A DNA stretch of 63,273 bases, counting the filler. It is 4 parts of 4 records of this genome, joined end to end, with 100 filler letters (N's around TTAATTAATTAA, not from the genome) between each part and the next. Parts side by side here need not be neighbours in the genome. Positions count along the whole stretch, not along the records: positions 1 to 18,709 come from SRR31156797_2016; positions 18,810 to 28,217 come from SRR31156797_2022; 2 more parts are not named here. One strand, 5' to 3'. The position numbers and the translations under genes are program-made. Positions 9,978 through 18,856 of this stretch are shown piece after piece (position 1 is the first letter of the stretch; each line of letters starts with the position of its first letter). A model generated the notes under the pieces. That model was not told where the DNA came from. It was given only the letters and a program-made list of their open reading frames with translations, and did not search any database.

Positions 9978-10256
9978 TTATCCTAAGAAAAGATACAACA
10001 CGAACAGCGTGGAATAAATAAACAAATATACCCTGTAAAAGTTCCTCATTTTGAGATATTCAGCATTTTCGGGATACAGGTTCCCAAATAAAGCACGGGT
10101 TTCTTTTACGAAAACCGGTTTAATATTGATGATCCAACTATCGGTTTCGTAAACGATTTTCCTGAATTTGCTCCTGTAAAAAGTCAGGGGCACTCCCCAA
10201 ATCACGAAGAGTAAGAGCCAAATACTGATTTCAATATTGAATAGTGTAATCGACAT
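9978..10256 (-). CDS. Small membrane hypothetical protein at the head of the crt operon
   Basis: 92 aa with two hydrophobic segments, ends 11 nt before crtI. Confidence 0.65.
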   Translation of the reverse strand: MSITLFNIEISIWLLLFVIWGVPLTFYRSKFRKIVYETDSWIINIKPVFVKETRALFGNLYPENAEYLKMRNFYRVYLFIYSTLFVLYLFLG

Positions 10257-10367
10257 TTAAATAATTGTTACATGTGAAAAACAGGCATTTGCGCCATTTT
10301 GTTTAACTTTTGGCAAACATTAACAAACAGTGTTCAGATCATTTTCTGTGTTAACGAAAAAGAAAAA

Positions 10368-10400
10368 TTTGTTTTTTAAATTAAAATGATGTTAGATTTG
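10368..10400 (+). promoter_or_regulatory. Bacteroidota sigma-A promoter of the trp operon
   Basis: TTTG (10368-10371), 21-nt spacer, TAGATTTG (10393-10400): matches TTTG-N19-21-TAnnTTTG. Confidence 0.85.
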
Positions 10401-10418
10401 CGGCTTCAATATTTAACA

Positions 10419-10475
10419 ATGACAAGATCAAATAAAAATACATGGTGGTGGCTCATGAAATTCACAGGTAAGTGA
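10419..10475 (+). CDS. trpL: trp leader peptide 1 (MTRSNKNTWWWLMKFTGK)
   Basis: 18-codon ORF with TGG TGG TGG at 10443-10451, just after the promoter and upstream of trpE. Confidence 0.9.
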   Translation: MTRSNKNTWWWLMKFTGK

Positions 10476-10502
10476 GACAAAAGGCATGCACAAAATATCA
10501 GG

Positions 10503-10529
10503 AAGCTCATCTCACGATGGGCTTTTTTT
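10503..10529 (+). terminator. Attenuator terminator 1
   Basis: AAGCTCATC-tcac-GATGGGCTT hairpin (one G-U) followed by a T tract; GTGAGA (10472-10477) can pair with TCTCAC (10510-10515) as antiterminator. Confidence 0.85.
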
Positions 10530-10546
10530 ATGATCAAAATTTTAAA

Positions 10547-10597
10547 ATGAATAACTCAGGAAACAATACATGGTGGTGGCAAATGCTTTTACGATAA
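10547..10597 (+). CDS. trpL: trp leader peptide 2 (MNNSGNNTWWWQMLLR)
   Basis: 16-codon ORF with TGG TGG TGG at 10571-10579. Confidence 0.9.
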   Translation: MNNSGNNTWWWQMLLR

Positions 10598-10631
10598 GTC
10601 GTGAGAAGGATTTGCTGTGCCAAAACTGAAG

Positions 10632-10661
10632 AAGCCCGTCCCATCACGACGGGCTTTTTTT
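10632..10661 (+). terminator. Attenuator terminator 2
   Basis: Perfect AAGCCCGTC-ccatcac-GACGGGCTT hairpin plus T tract; GTCGTGA (10598-10604) can pair with TCACGAC (10644-10650) as antiterminator. Confidence 0.9.
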
Positions 10662-10697
10662 GTAAATGAATAATCAGGAAAATTTAAATCAATAAAC

Positions 10698-12089
10698 ATG
10701 AAAAAAGTAAAATCATCCCACAAAGTGCTGCTCGCTGATCAGTTAACGCCGGTGAGCACATACCTGCAACTGCGCGACAAGTATCCCAATGCGCTGCTGC
10801 TCGAAAGTACCGATTATCACCACCTGGATAATTGCTACTCATTTATCTGTCTCGATCCGATTGCAGAGGTTAAGCTTGAGGGCAAAAAGCTCAAAACCAT
10901 CCTTCACAACCGGGAAGTTGAATCGGTTGACATAGGTGATAAGGTGATTCCTGATCTCAGGAAATTTTTCCAGGATTTCGATTTTGAGCAAAAAAAGAAA
11001 CCATACAATTTTAATGGGTTTTTTGGATACATGAATTATGATTCCATCGAATTTATGGAAGATCTGGAGCTTGCAAAAAACCCGGAGCAAATACCCACCA
11101 TGCGCTACAGCCTCTTCAGGTATGTGTTACAGTTTCATCACTTAGATGACTCATTGACGATTATCGAAAACCGTTTTGAAGATATGGAAGAAGGCCTGGA
11201 TGACACGATTGCCAACATAAACACGAGCATCATTTCAGATTTCCAGTTTAATGCTAATGGCGATGAAACCTCCGATATGAGTGATGAGCAGTACCGGTCG
11301 ATTGTTACAAAAGCCAAAAAGCATATTCAGCGCGGGGATGTTTTCCAGATTGTGCTTTCACGCGAATTTAAACGCCCTTTCCTGGGAGATGAGTTCAATG
11401 TTTATCGCCACCTGCGCCATGTAAACCCATCACCATACCTGTTTTATTTTGATTACAGCGATTACAAGCTGATGGGGTCATCACCTGAAATCCAGATTAA
11501 GGTACAGGGTAACAAGGCCACTGTAAATCCCATTGCAGGAACATTTGCCCGTACCGGCAACGACGACCAGGACCGCGATTCAGCACGAAGGTTACTGAAT
11601 GATCCCAAGGAGAATGCTGAACACACCATGCTGGTTGACCTTGCACGTAACGACCTGAGCCGTTGTGCCACAAACGTAAAAGTGGATGATTTTAAAGAGA
11701 TCCAGTTTTATTCACATGTGATTCACATTGTTTCAAAGGTCTCTGGTTTTTTGATGGAAGGATTTGATGGGCTGGATGTGCTGGCTTCAACTTTCCCTGC
11801 CGGCACACTTAGTGGCGCACCGAAAGTCAGGGCCATGCAGCTTATCGATGAAATGGAAGCAACACCACGCGGCTTTTATGGTGGTGGCATCGGATTGATT
11901 ACGGCAAGTGGAGATATCAACCATGCCATCATGATCCGTACGATAAAGAGTCATAAGCAAAATCTGGTTTACCGCGCCGGAGCCGGAATTGTGATCGCAT
12001 CAGAAGAAGAGAAGGAACTCCAGGAAGTGAACCACAAAATCGGGGCACTTCGAAAATCAATCGAATTGGCAAACACAAACAATCAGTAA
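10698..12089 (+). CDS. trpE: Anthranilate synthase component I
   Basis: LLES, GDVFQIVLSR, NPSPY, KENAEHTMLVDLARND, FPAGTLSGAPKVRAM. Confidence 0.96.
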   Translation: MKKVKSSHKVLLADQLTPVSTYLQLRDKYPNALLLESTDYHHLDNCYSFICLDPIAEVKLEGKKLKTILHNREVESVDIGDKVIPDLRKFFQDFDFEQKKKPYNFNGFFGYMNYDSIEFMEDLELAKNPEQIPTMRYSLFRYVLQFHHLDDSLTIIENRFEDMEEGLDDTIANINTSIISDFQFNANGDETSDMSDEQYRSIVTKAKKHIQRGDVFQIVLSREFKRPFLGDEFNVYRHLRHVNPSPYLFYFDYSDYKLMGSSPEIQIKVQGNKATVNPIAGTFARTGNDDQDRDSARRLLNDPKENAEHTMLVDLARNDLSRCATNVKVDDFKEIQFYSHVIHIVSKVSGFLMEGFDGLDVLASTFPAGTLSGAPKVRAMQLIDEMEATPRGFYGGGIGLITASGDINHAIMIRTIKSHKQNLVYRAGAGIVIASEEEKELQEVNHKIGALRKSIELANTNNQ

Positions 12090-12091
12090 TC

Positions 12092-12739
12092 ATGAAAATA
12101 TTTGTTTTGGATAATTATGATTCTTTCACCTACAACCTGGTGGAAGCCATTCGCATCATCACCGGCCATCACATCACGGTGAGGCGTAATGATAAATTCG
12201 ACATCAAAGAAATTGAAGAATTTGATAAAGTGATTTTATCGCCTGGCCCCGGAATTCCTGATGAAGCCGGCAAGCTCAAAGAAGTCATCGAAACCTATAA
12301 AACTACAAAAAGTATTCTTGGAATTTGTTTGGGGATGCAGGCCATTGGTGAAGTATGTGGCGCAAAATTGATGAACTTGCCCCATGTTTTTCACGGTGTA
12401 AGCTCAGCTATAAAAATTACTGATCCTGATGAGGTGATTTTTAAAGGTATGGGCGAAGTTATTGATGGCGGGCGATACCATTCATGGGCCATCGAACCCA
12501 AAAGTATTCCTGACGAATTACAAGTTACTGCTGTGGATTACGAAGGTATTCCCATGGCGGTGAAGCACAAGGTTTATGATTTGAAAGGCCTGCAGTTTCA
12601 TCCCGAATCCATCATGACCAAAGAGGGCAATACCATACTAACCAATTGGTTGCGCGATCATAAAAATCTACACCTTCCCACACAGGACGATTTTAAGTTT
12701 AACCATGGTTCCATCAACGAATCAAAACTGTTCTTTTAA
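12092..12739 (+). CDS. trpG: Anthranilate synthase component II (glutamine amidotransferase)
   Basis: DNYDSFTYNL, SPGPG, GICLG, QFHPES. Confidence 0.96.
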   Translation: MKIFVLDNYDSFTYNLVEAIRIITGHHITVRRNDKFDIKEIEEFDKVILSPGPGIPDEAGKLKEVIETYKTTKSILGICLGMQAIGEVCGAKLMNLPHVFHGVSSAIKITDPDEVIFKGMGEVIDGGRYHSWAIEPKSIPDELQVTAVDYEGIPMAVKHKVYDLKGLQFHPESIMTKEGNTILTNWLRDHKNLHLPTQDDFKFNHGSINESKLFF

Positions 12740-12741
12740 TC

Positions 12742-13734
12742 ATGAAGAAAATTCTGGATAAATTATTTCAGTTTAAAAGGCTTACCAGAGAAGAGGCCCG
12801 GAAAATGCTGCTGAGTCTGGCGCAGGGCGAGCACAATGTTTCGCAGGTAGCAGCATTTCTCTCAACATATCGCATGCGCACCATTTCGCTTGATGAACTG
12901 ATGGGATTCCGCGAAGCCATGCTGGAGTTGTGTGTTCCGCTCGATCTGAACGGATTCAACACCATCGATTTGTGCGGCACAGGGGGTGATGGCAAAAACA
13001 CGTTCAACATTTCTACACTGGCTTCTTTTGTTGTGGCCGGAGCCGGTGACAAGGTGGTGAAACACGGTAATTATGGTGTTTCCTCAGTCTGCGGATCAAG
13101 CAACATTTTGGAACATTTTGGATATCAGTTTAAAAATGATGTCGATGCTCTGAAGCAGGAATTGGATAAAGCAGGCATCTGCTTTTTACATGCACCGAAA
13201 TTTCACCCGGCCATGAAAAATGTGGCACCAATCCGGCGTGATCTGGGCGTGAAAACCTTCTTCAACATCCTCGGACCGATGGTAAACCCTTCTCAACCCA
13301 AAAACCAGCTCATCGGGGTTTACAATCTGGAGCTGGCCAGGACGTATCACTATCTGTATCAAAGGTTGGATAAACGTTATGCCATCGTTCACAGTCTTGA
13401 TGGATATGATGAAATCTCCCTGACTTCACCGGCGAAGGTGTTTACCACCGAAGGAGAGAGAATGATCTCACCGGCCCAGTTCGGACAGGAAATCATTAAT
13501 CCTGATCAGATTTTTGGTGGTGATGATATTCCAACCTCAGCAAAAATGTTCATGCATATACTGGAAGGAAACGGGACAAAGGCGCAAACTTCAGCGGTCA
13601 TTTCCAATGCGGGCCTTGCCATGCACATCTTATATCCTGAACAAATCCTTGAAAATTGTGTAGAAACAGCACGAAAATCTCTGCTGGGCGGCAAAGCCCT
13701 GGAGGCCTTTAAACAATTGATTAAACTGCAATAA
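12742..13734 (+). CDS. trpD: Anthranilate phosphoribosyltransferase
   Basis: DLCGTGGDGKNTFNIST, KHGN, GYDE. Confidence 0.97.
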   Translation: MKKILDKLFQFKRLTREEARKMLLSLAQGEHNVSQVAAFLSTYRMRTISLDELMGFREAMLELCVPLDLNGFNTIDLCGTGGDGKNTFNISTLASFVVAGAGDKVVKHGNYGVSSVCGSSNILEHFGYQFKNDVDALKQELDKAGICFLHAPKFHPAMKNVAPIRRDLGVKTFFNILGPMVNPSQPKNQLIGVYNLELARTYHYLYQRLDKRYAIVHSLDGYDEISLTSPAKVFTTEGERMISPAQFGQEIINPDQIFGGDDIPTSAKMFMHILEGNGTKAQTSAVISNAGLAMHILYPEQILENCVETARKSLLGGKALEAFKQLIKLQ

Positions 13735-13735
13735 C

Positions 13736-14554
13736 ATGAACCAGTTTCTCGAAAAGATAATATTGAATAAAAAGCGGGAAATCACCGAACGGAAGTCGTT
13801 GTACCCTGTAAAACTGCTCGAAAAAAGTGTGTATTTCCCGACCTCGCCGGTTTCGATGAAATCATATCTTACCCGTAAGGATAAACTTGGCGTGATTGCT
13901 GAGTTTAAGCGAAAATCGCCGTCAAAAGGGTGGATCAATCAGTTTGCCAAACCCGGCGAAATCACCCTGGGTTACATGCAATCCGGGGCTTCGGCTTTGT
14001 CGGTGCTTACGGACAAATTTTTTTTTGATGGTAATTTTTCTGATCTTACTGCTGCCCGGGCAGAGAATTACTGCCCCATTTTACAAAAGGATTTTATTCT
14101 GGATGAGTACCAGATTATAGAAGCGAAATCCATTGGCGCTGATTGCATATTGCTGATTGCGGCGGTTCTATCGAAAGATGAAATTAAGCATCTTGCAGAG
14201 TTTGCTCACAGTTTAAAACTGGAAGTGCTGGTAGAAATTCACCAGGAAGCGGAGCTGGAAAAAATTCCTGATGAAGTACAAATTGTGGGCATTAACAATC
14301 GTAATCTGGAAACCTTTGAGGTGGATCTGGAAAATTCGGTGAGATTATTAAAACAACTTCCGGCAGAAAAAGTGAAAGTTGCCGAGAGTGGTATCCACAG
14401 CGCCGAGGTGGCTTCTGATTTAATGGGTTTGGGTTTCGACGGATTATTGATCGGAGAGCAATTTATGAACACCATCGATCCGGTGGCTGCCTGTCAGAGG
14501 TTTATCCGAAGTCTTGAAAAAATAGAGGCAAAGCGCGATGCGCGTAGAGCTTAG
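13736..14554 (+). CDS. trpC: Indole-3-glycerol phosphate synthase
   Basis: IAEFKRKSPSKG, LSVLTD, GINNRNL, VAESGI. Confidence 0.97.
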   Translation: MNQFLEKIILNKKREITERKSLYPVKLLEKSVYFPTSPVSMKSYLTRKDKLGVIAEFKRKSPSKGWINQFAKPGEITLGYMQSGASALSVLTDKFFFDGNFSDLTAARAENYCPILQKDFILDEYQIIEAKSIGADCILLIAAVLSKDEIKHLAEFAHSLKLEVLVEIHQEAELEKIPDEVQIVGINNRNLETFEVDLENSVRLLKQLPAEKVKVAESGIHSAEVASDLMGLGFDGLLIGEQFMNTIDPVAACQRFIRSLEKIEAKRDARRA

Positions 14555-14632
14555 CGCATAGCGAAAAATAAATTATTCGTCCTGCGATTTTCATTCAAAT
14601 AACCCAATAACGAATAACTATTAACGAATAAC
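14528..14632 (+). repeat. Short heptamer-type repeats at the trpC end and in the trpC-trpF spacer
   Basis: AGCGCGATGCGCGTAGAGCTTAGCGCATAGCG and AATAACG-AATAACT-ATTAACG-AATAACT (7-nt period). Confidence 0.55.
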
Positions 14633-14641
14633 TTTCCACCA

Positions 14642-15265
14642 ATGAAACTAAAAGTCTGCGGGATGCGGGATTCTGAAAATCTCAGGGAATTGGTTGACCA
14701 GGTCAATCCGGATTTTGTGGGATTCATTTTTCATCCGGGCTCTCCCAGATATTTTCTGGACGGGCCGGAAGATATCCCCATTGTTCTTTCTCCTGAAAAA
14801 CGAACCGGTGTTTTTGTCGACAGCAATGTTGATGAAGTGATCGGACTGGCAGAGATGTTCAACATCAAAAACATCCAACTGCATGGCATTGAATCACCGG
14901 AGTTTTGCCAAATGATCAGGGATAAAGGGTTTACCGTCATCAAAGCTTTTGGGATCAAATCTGAAGATGATTTTCAAAAACTTGAGGAATATAAAGAGGT
15001 TTGTGATTTCTATTTGTTTGATACAAAAACCGCCAAGCACGGAGGTAGCGGAAAGAAATTCAACTGGCAAATGCTGGACAAAGTTGCAGTTTCAAAATCT
15101 TATTTTCTCAGCGGCGGGATAGATGTGGATGATGTAGATGACATCCGCAAGTTGAAACATCAGCCCTTTGCCATTGATATCAACAGCCGTTTTGAAATTG
15201 AGCCTGCTTTAAAAGACATCGAAATAATCAAAAACTTTAAAAAACGACTATTCAACCATGCATAA
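14642..15265 (+). CDS. trpF: Phosphoribosylanthranilate isomerase
   Basis: [31 protein letters not shown]. Confidence 0.96.
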   Translation: MKLKVCGMRDSENLRELVDQVNPDFVGFIFHPGSPRYFLDGPEDIPIVLSPEKRTGVFVDSNVDEVIGLAEMFNIKNIQLHGIESPEFCQMIRDKGFTVIKAFGIKSEDDFQKLEEYKEVCDFYLFDTKTAKHGGSGKKFNWQMLDKVAVSKSYFLSGGIDVDDVDDIRKLKHQPFAIDINSRFEIEPALKDIEIIKNFKKRLFNHA

Positions 15266-16448
15266 AACACTCACAACCACGGATGAACGTGGCTACTATG
15301 GAAACTATGGAGGGGCTTTCATTCCCGAACTGCTCTACCCCAACATCGAGGAACTTCGGGATAACTATTTAAAAATAATGGCCTCCGACGCATTTAAATC
15401 TGAATTTGATCAACTCCTAAAGGATTATGTGGGACGGCCAAGTCCGCTGTATTTTGCAAAGCGGCTTTCCGAAAAATACCACACCAAAATTTACCTCAAG
15501 CGCGAAGACCTGAACCATACCGGCGCACACAAGATCAACAATACCGTTGGCCAGGTGCTGATGGCTGAAAAGCTGGGTAAAAAGCGCATCATCGCCGAAA
15601 CGGGCGCCGGACAGCACGGTGTGGCCACAGCCACGGTTTGCGCATTGCGGAACCTGGAATGCATCGTTTATATGGGGGCTCTGGATGTGGCTCGCCAGGC
15701 ACCGAATGTTTCTCGCATGAAAATGCTGGGTGCTAAAGTGGTGCCGGTTCATTCAGGTAATAAAACCCTGAAAGATGCCACCAACGAGGCTATTCGTGAC
15801 TGGATTGCCCATCCTGATGACACCTTTTATATTTTAGGATCTGTTGTTGGGCCCCACCCGTACCCGGATATGGTCACACGGTTTCAATCGGTTATCAGTG
15901 ACGAAATTAAAGATCAGCTCAACCAGCAAATCGGCAGGGAAAACCCGGATTACGTGATTGCCTGCGTAGGTGGAGGCAGTAATGCTGCAGGAGCATTTTA
16001 TCATTTTCTCGATAATCCCAATGTAAAACTAATTGCAACTGAAGCTGCCGGTCTGGGTGTGGATTCCGGTGAAACCGCCGCAACAATTGCCATTGGCACA
16101 CCCGGCATTTTGCATGGCAGTAAAACACTGTTGATGCAAACACAGGATGGACAGATCACGGAGCCATACTCCATTTCGGCAGGTCTTGATTATCCGGGGA
16201 TTGGGCCGATGTACGCACACCTGAAAGAGATTGGCAGAGCACAATTCCTGAGTGTTTCCGATGATCAGGCTTTGGCAGCAACACTCATATTAACCCGAAC
16301 CGAAGGTATAATCCCGGCTTTGGAAACCGCCCATGCTTTGGCAGTTTTCGACATAAAGAAATTTGAAAAAGATGACGTGGTTGTGATTAATCTTTCAGGC
16401 CGCGGAGATAAGGATATGTCAACGTTTACGGAGGCTTTTAAACTGTAA
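15258..16448 (+). CDS. trpB: Tryptophan synthase beta chain
   Basis: [46 protein letters not shown]. Confidence 0.98.
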   Translation: MHKTLTTTDERGYYGNYGGAFIPELLYPNIEELRDNYLKIMASDAFKSEFDQLLKDYVGRPSPLYFAKRLSEKYHTKIYLKREDLNHTGAHKINNTVGQVLMAEKLGKKRIIAETGAGQHGVATATVCALRNLECIVYMGALDVARQAPNVSRMKMLGAKVVPVHSGNKTLKDATNEAIRDWIAHPDDTFYILGSVVGPHPYPDMVTRFQSVISDEIKDQLNQQIGRENPDYVIACVGGGSNAAGAFYHFLDNPNVKLIATEAAGLGVDSGETAATIAIGTPGILHGSKTLLMQTQDGQITEPYSISAGLDYPGIGPMYAHLKEIGRAQFLSVSDDQALAATLILTRTEGIIPALETAHALAVFDIKKFEKDDVVVINLSGRGDKDMSTFTEAFKL

Positions 16449-16469
16449 GGATCAAAAACTTGAATTCAT

Positions 16470-16573
16470 GTAAAGACGCACGGCTGTGCATCTCAATCTG
16501 GTGAAGACACAGAAAAGACGCAATGTAAAGACGCACGGCCCCCGAAAGTTCGGGGCAGGCTGTGCGTCTCAAC
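16470..16573 (+). repeat. Two REP-like palindromes (GTAAAGACGCACGGC/TGTGCRTCTCAA); the second carries a 21-nt hairpin insert
   Basis: Copies at 16470-16496 and 16525-16573; insert CCCCGAAAGTTCGGGGCAGGC at 16540-16560. Confidence 0.8.
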
Positions 16574-16593
16574 GAGATATAAAAATAACTTAA

Positions 16594-17355
16594 ATGAATA
16601 AACTCACCGAAATATTTCAAATCAAAAAAGACCTTTTGGCACTATACTTCACAGCGGGATTTCCGGAGATTGAAGATTTTCCAAAAGTCATTGCCGGTTT
16701 TGAGGCCAGCAACGCAGATATCCTGGAACTCGGCATCCCGTTTTCTGATCCCATGGCTGATGGGCCCGTCATCCAGAGAAGTGGCCAGCGGGCATTGGAG
16801 AATGGCATCACCGTGGAAAAGCTTTTCGAATTACTTGAAAAAATTCCACCAGGTAAGCCTAAAGTTATCATGACCTACATAAATCCTGTTTTTAAATTTG
16901 GGATTGAAAAATTTTGTGAAAAAGCAGCAAAATCCAGTATCGATGGAATGATTATTCCCGATCTGCCTTTTGAAGAATTTGAAGCGGAATACGCTGAAAC
17001 ATTCAGGAAAAATAAATTACATTACATCCCCCTCATCACCGACAAAACCAATGATGAACGGTTGAAAATGGCCACCCGAATAGGATCAGGATTTATTTAC
17101 CTGGCGTCGGCACATATTATTACCGGCAGCAAAACAGGGCTGGATTTCTCCCCAGGTTTCAAAAACAAAATCACAGAACTACAAAAAAGCCTTCCGGTGA
17201 TGATTGGCTTTGGCATCCGGAATCATGACCAATACCAGGCTGCCTCAAACATCAGCAATGGCGCCATAATAGGAACGGCGTTTATCCAGGCATTGGAAAA
17301 AACAGATGACGTTTACCAGGAAACCATCGATTTTGTGAAGGAGATTAAACGATAA
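16594..17355 (+). CDS. trpA: Tryptophan synthase alpha chain
   Basis: ELGIPFSDPMADGPVIQ, IIPDLP, IGFGI. Confidence 0.97.
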   Translation: MNKLTEIFQIKKDLLALYFTAGFPEIEDFPKVIAGFEASNADILELGIPFSDPMADGPVIQRSGQRALENGITVEKLFELLEKIPPGKPKVIMTYINPVFKFGIEKFCEKAAKSSIDGMIIPDLPFEEFEAEYAETFRKNKLHYIPLITDKTNDERLKMATRIGSGFIYLASAHIITGSKTGLDFSPGFKNKITELQKSLPVMIGFGIRNHDQYQAASNISNGAIIGTAFIQALEKTDDVYQETIDFVKEIKR

Positions 17356-17365
17356 ATGGTGTTGT

Positions 17366-17450
17366 GTAGTTGATACGCACGGCCGTGCGTATCAACTGCG
17401 GTGCGTATCAACGGCGGTGCGTATCAGTGGCGGTGCGTATCAGCGGCCGC
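17366..17450 (+). repeat. REP-like palindrome followed by three tandem 16-nt half-site copies
   Basis: Perfect palindrome GTTGATACGCACGG-CCGTGCGTATCAAC (17369-17396), then GCGGTGCGTATCA repeated three times at 16-nt period. Confidence 0.8.
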
Positions 17451-17499
17451 TTCAAGGCCGCGCGCCACAACGAAATAAAAAACAATTAAGAATCAAATC

Positions 17500-18522
17500 A
17501 TGATAATTCAACTTGAACAAAGCATAAATCAAAATCAAAAATCGGATATTACAGGAAAAATTGCTGATTTTGGATTTACCTTGAAAAACATCAAAACCCA
17601 AAACGCCGACTACCTTATTGCGATTGGGAAACCTGAATTCGACATCCGAACCATTGGAAATATGGCTGGCGTGGCAGATGTGTTTGCTGTGAACGACACA
17701 CATGAACTGGTTTCGAATAAATGGAAGATTTCCCCAACCATTATTGACCTGGGTGATGGCGAAAGCATTGGCGGCAGCGACTTGTGCGTGATGGCCGGGC
17801 CCTGCTCCATCGAAAATGAAGCGCAGGTAAAAGATATGGCCGAATTCCTTTCGAAACACAAAATTGGCGTGATGCGCGGGGGGGTGTTCAAACCGCGTAG
17901 TTCTCCGTATGCCTTCCGCGGTGTGGGTATTGAAGGACTGAAATATTTTTCAGCGATTTGCAAAGAAAATGGTCTTAAAATCATTTCCGAGGTGATGCAC
18001 GACAACCAGATTGAGCCCATGTGTGAGTATGTGGACATTTTTCAGGTAGGGGCGCGAAATTCACAAAACTTTAACCTACTTGATGCCCTTGGAAAAGTGG
18101 GCAAACCAGTCATGCTCAAACGGGGTATCTCCGGCACACTGGATGAGTTGCTGTATTCGGCGGAGTACATATTTTCGGGTGGAAATGAAAAGATCATCCT
18201 TTGCGAACGTGGCATCCGAACTTTCGAAAAAGAATATCGCAACACACTTGATTTGAATGCAGTCCCTACGTTAAAAGCGAAAACCCATTTGCCGGTTATC
18301 GTGGATCCATCGCACGGAACAGGAAAACGTCATTTGGTAGAAACCATGGCACTTGCCGGCATTATGAGCGGTGCGGACGGCATTATGGTGGAGATTCACA
18401 AAACTCCGGATAAAGCAATGTCTGATGGAGCACAGAGCCTCACCCTGCAGCAATCTGAAACCCTGTTTGATAAAATGAAAGCTACCTGGGATTTCAGAAG
18501 GAAATTGAATAATGGTATTTAG
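17500..18522 (+). CDS. aroF: DAHP synthase type I-beta with N-terminal regulatory domain
   Basis: AGPCSIE, RGGVFKPRSSPY, QVGARNSQNF, ILCERGIRTFE, VDPSHGTG. Confidence 0.9.
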   Translation: MIIQLEQSINQNQKSDITGKIADFGFTLKNIKTQNADYLIAIGKPEFDIRTIGNMAGVADVFAVNDTHELVSNKWKISPTIIDLGDGESIGGSDLCVMAGPCSIENEAQVKDMAEFLSKHKIGVMRGGVFKPRSSPYAFRGVGIEGLKYFSAICKENGLKIISEVMHDNQIEPMCEYVDIFQVGARNSQNFNLLDALGKVGKPVMLKRGISGTLDELLYSAEYIFSGGNEKIILCERGIRTFEKEYRNTLDLNAVPTLKAKTHLPVIVDPSHGTGKRHLVETMALAGIMSGADGIMVEIHKTPDKAMSDGAQSLTLQQSETLFDKMKATWDFRRKLNNGI

Positions 18523-18611
18523 CGTTGTGAGTGAAAAGTTGTGGGTGGTGAGTTATGATATGTAAATTGGGAATGTAAAAGCTATTAACTTAGCCTGGAC
18601 AAGTCAGAAAA

Positions 18612-18695
18612 GTTTCACGCAAAGGGCGCAAAAATTATTCCTCTCATCCGCTTTGTGTGCTTTGCGAAACATTGTTCTTCGAACTTTGCGTGAAA
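18612..18695. repeat. Inverted-repeat element TTTCACGCAAAG...CTTTGCGTGAAA downstream of aroF
   Basis: Arms read directly from sequence, with internal GCAAA/TTTGC sub-repeats. Confidence 0.55.
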
Positions 18696-18709
18696 TATTT
18701 TGCCAATAA

Positions 18710-18809
18710 NNNNNNNNNNNNNNNNNNNNNNNNNNNNNNNNNNNNNNNNNNNNTTAATTAATTAANNNNNNNNNNNNNNNNNNNNNNNNNNNNNNNNNNN
18801 NNNNNNNNN
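18710..18809. other. Artificial contig spacer
   Basis: N44-TTAATTAATTAA-N44 (stops in all frames); composition changes across it. Confidence 0.98.
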
Positions 18810-18817
18810 AAAGGGAT

Positions 18818-18856
18818 ATCCCCGGATTGATTTTTTTCAATCCGGGGATTTTTTTT
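18818..18856 (+). terminator. Intrinsic terminator upstream of the TonB receptor
   Basis: 13-bp stem ATCCCCGGATTGA/TCAATCCGGGGAT followed by a T tract. Confidence 0.8.

Noticed and set aside
10401-10697. T-box or TRAP-type control of the trp leader
   Set aside because: No T-box consensus or (G/U)AG repeat series seen; the WWW leader ORFs explain the region.
17369-17450. Regularly spaced repeats resembling a mini CRISPR array
   Set aside because: The period is 16 nt with no unique spacers and no cas genes; it is a tandem expansion of a REP arm.
18710-18809. TTAATTAATTAA palindrome inside N runs (also at 28218-28317 and 57995-58094)
   Set aside because: Identical artificial linker; no functional link was inferred between genes on different sides.
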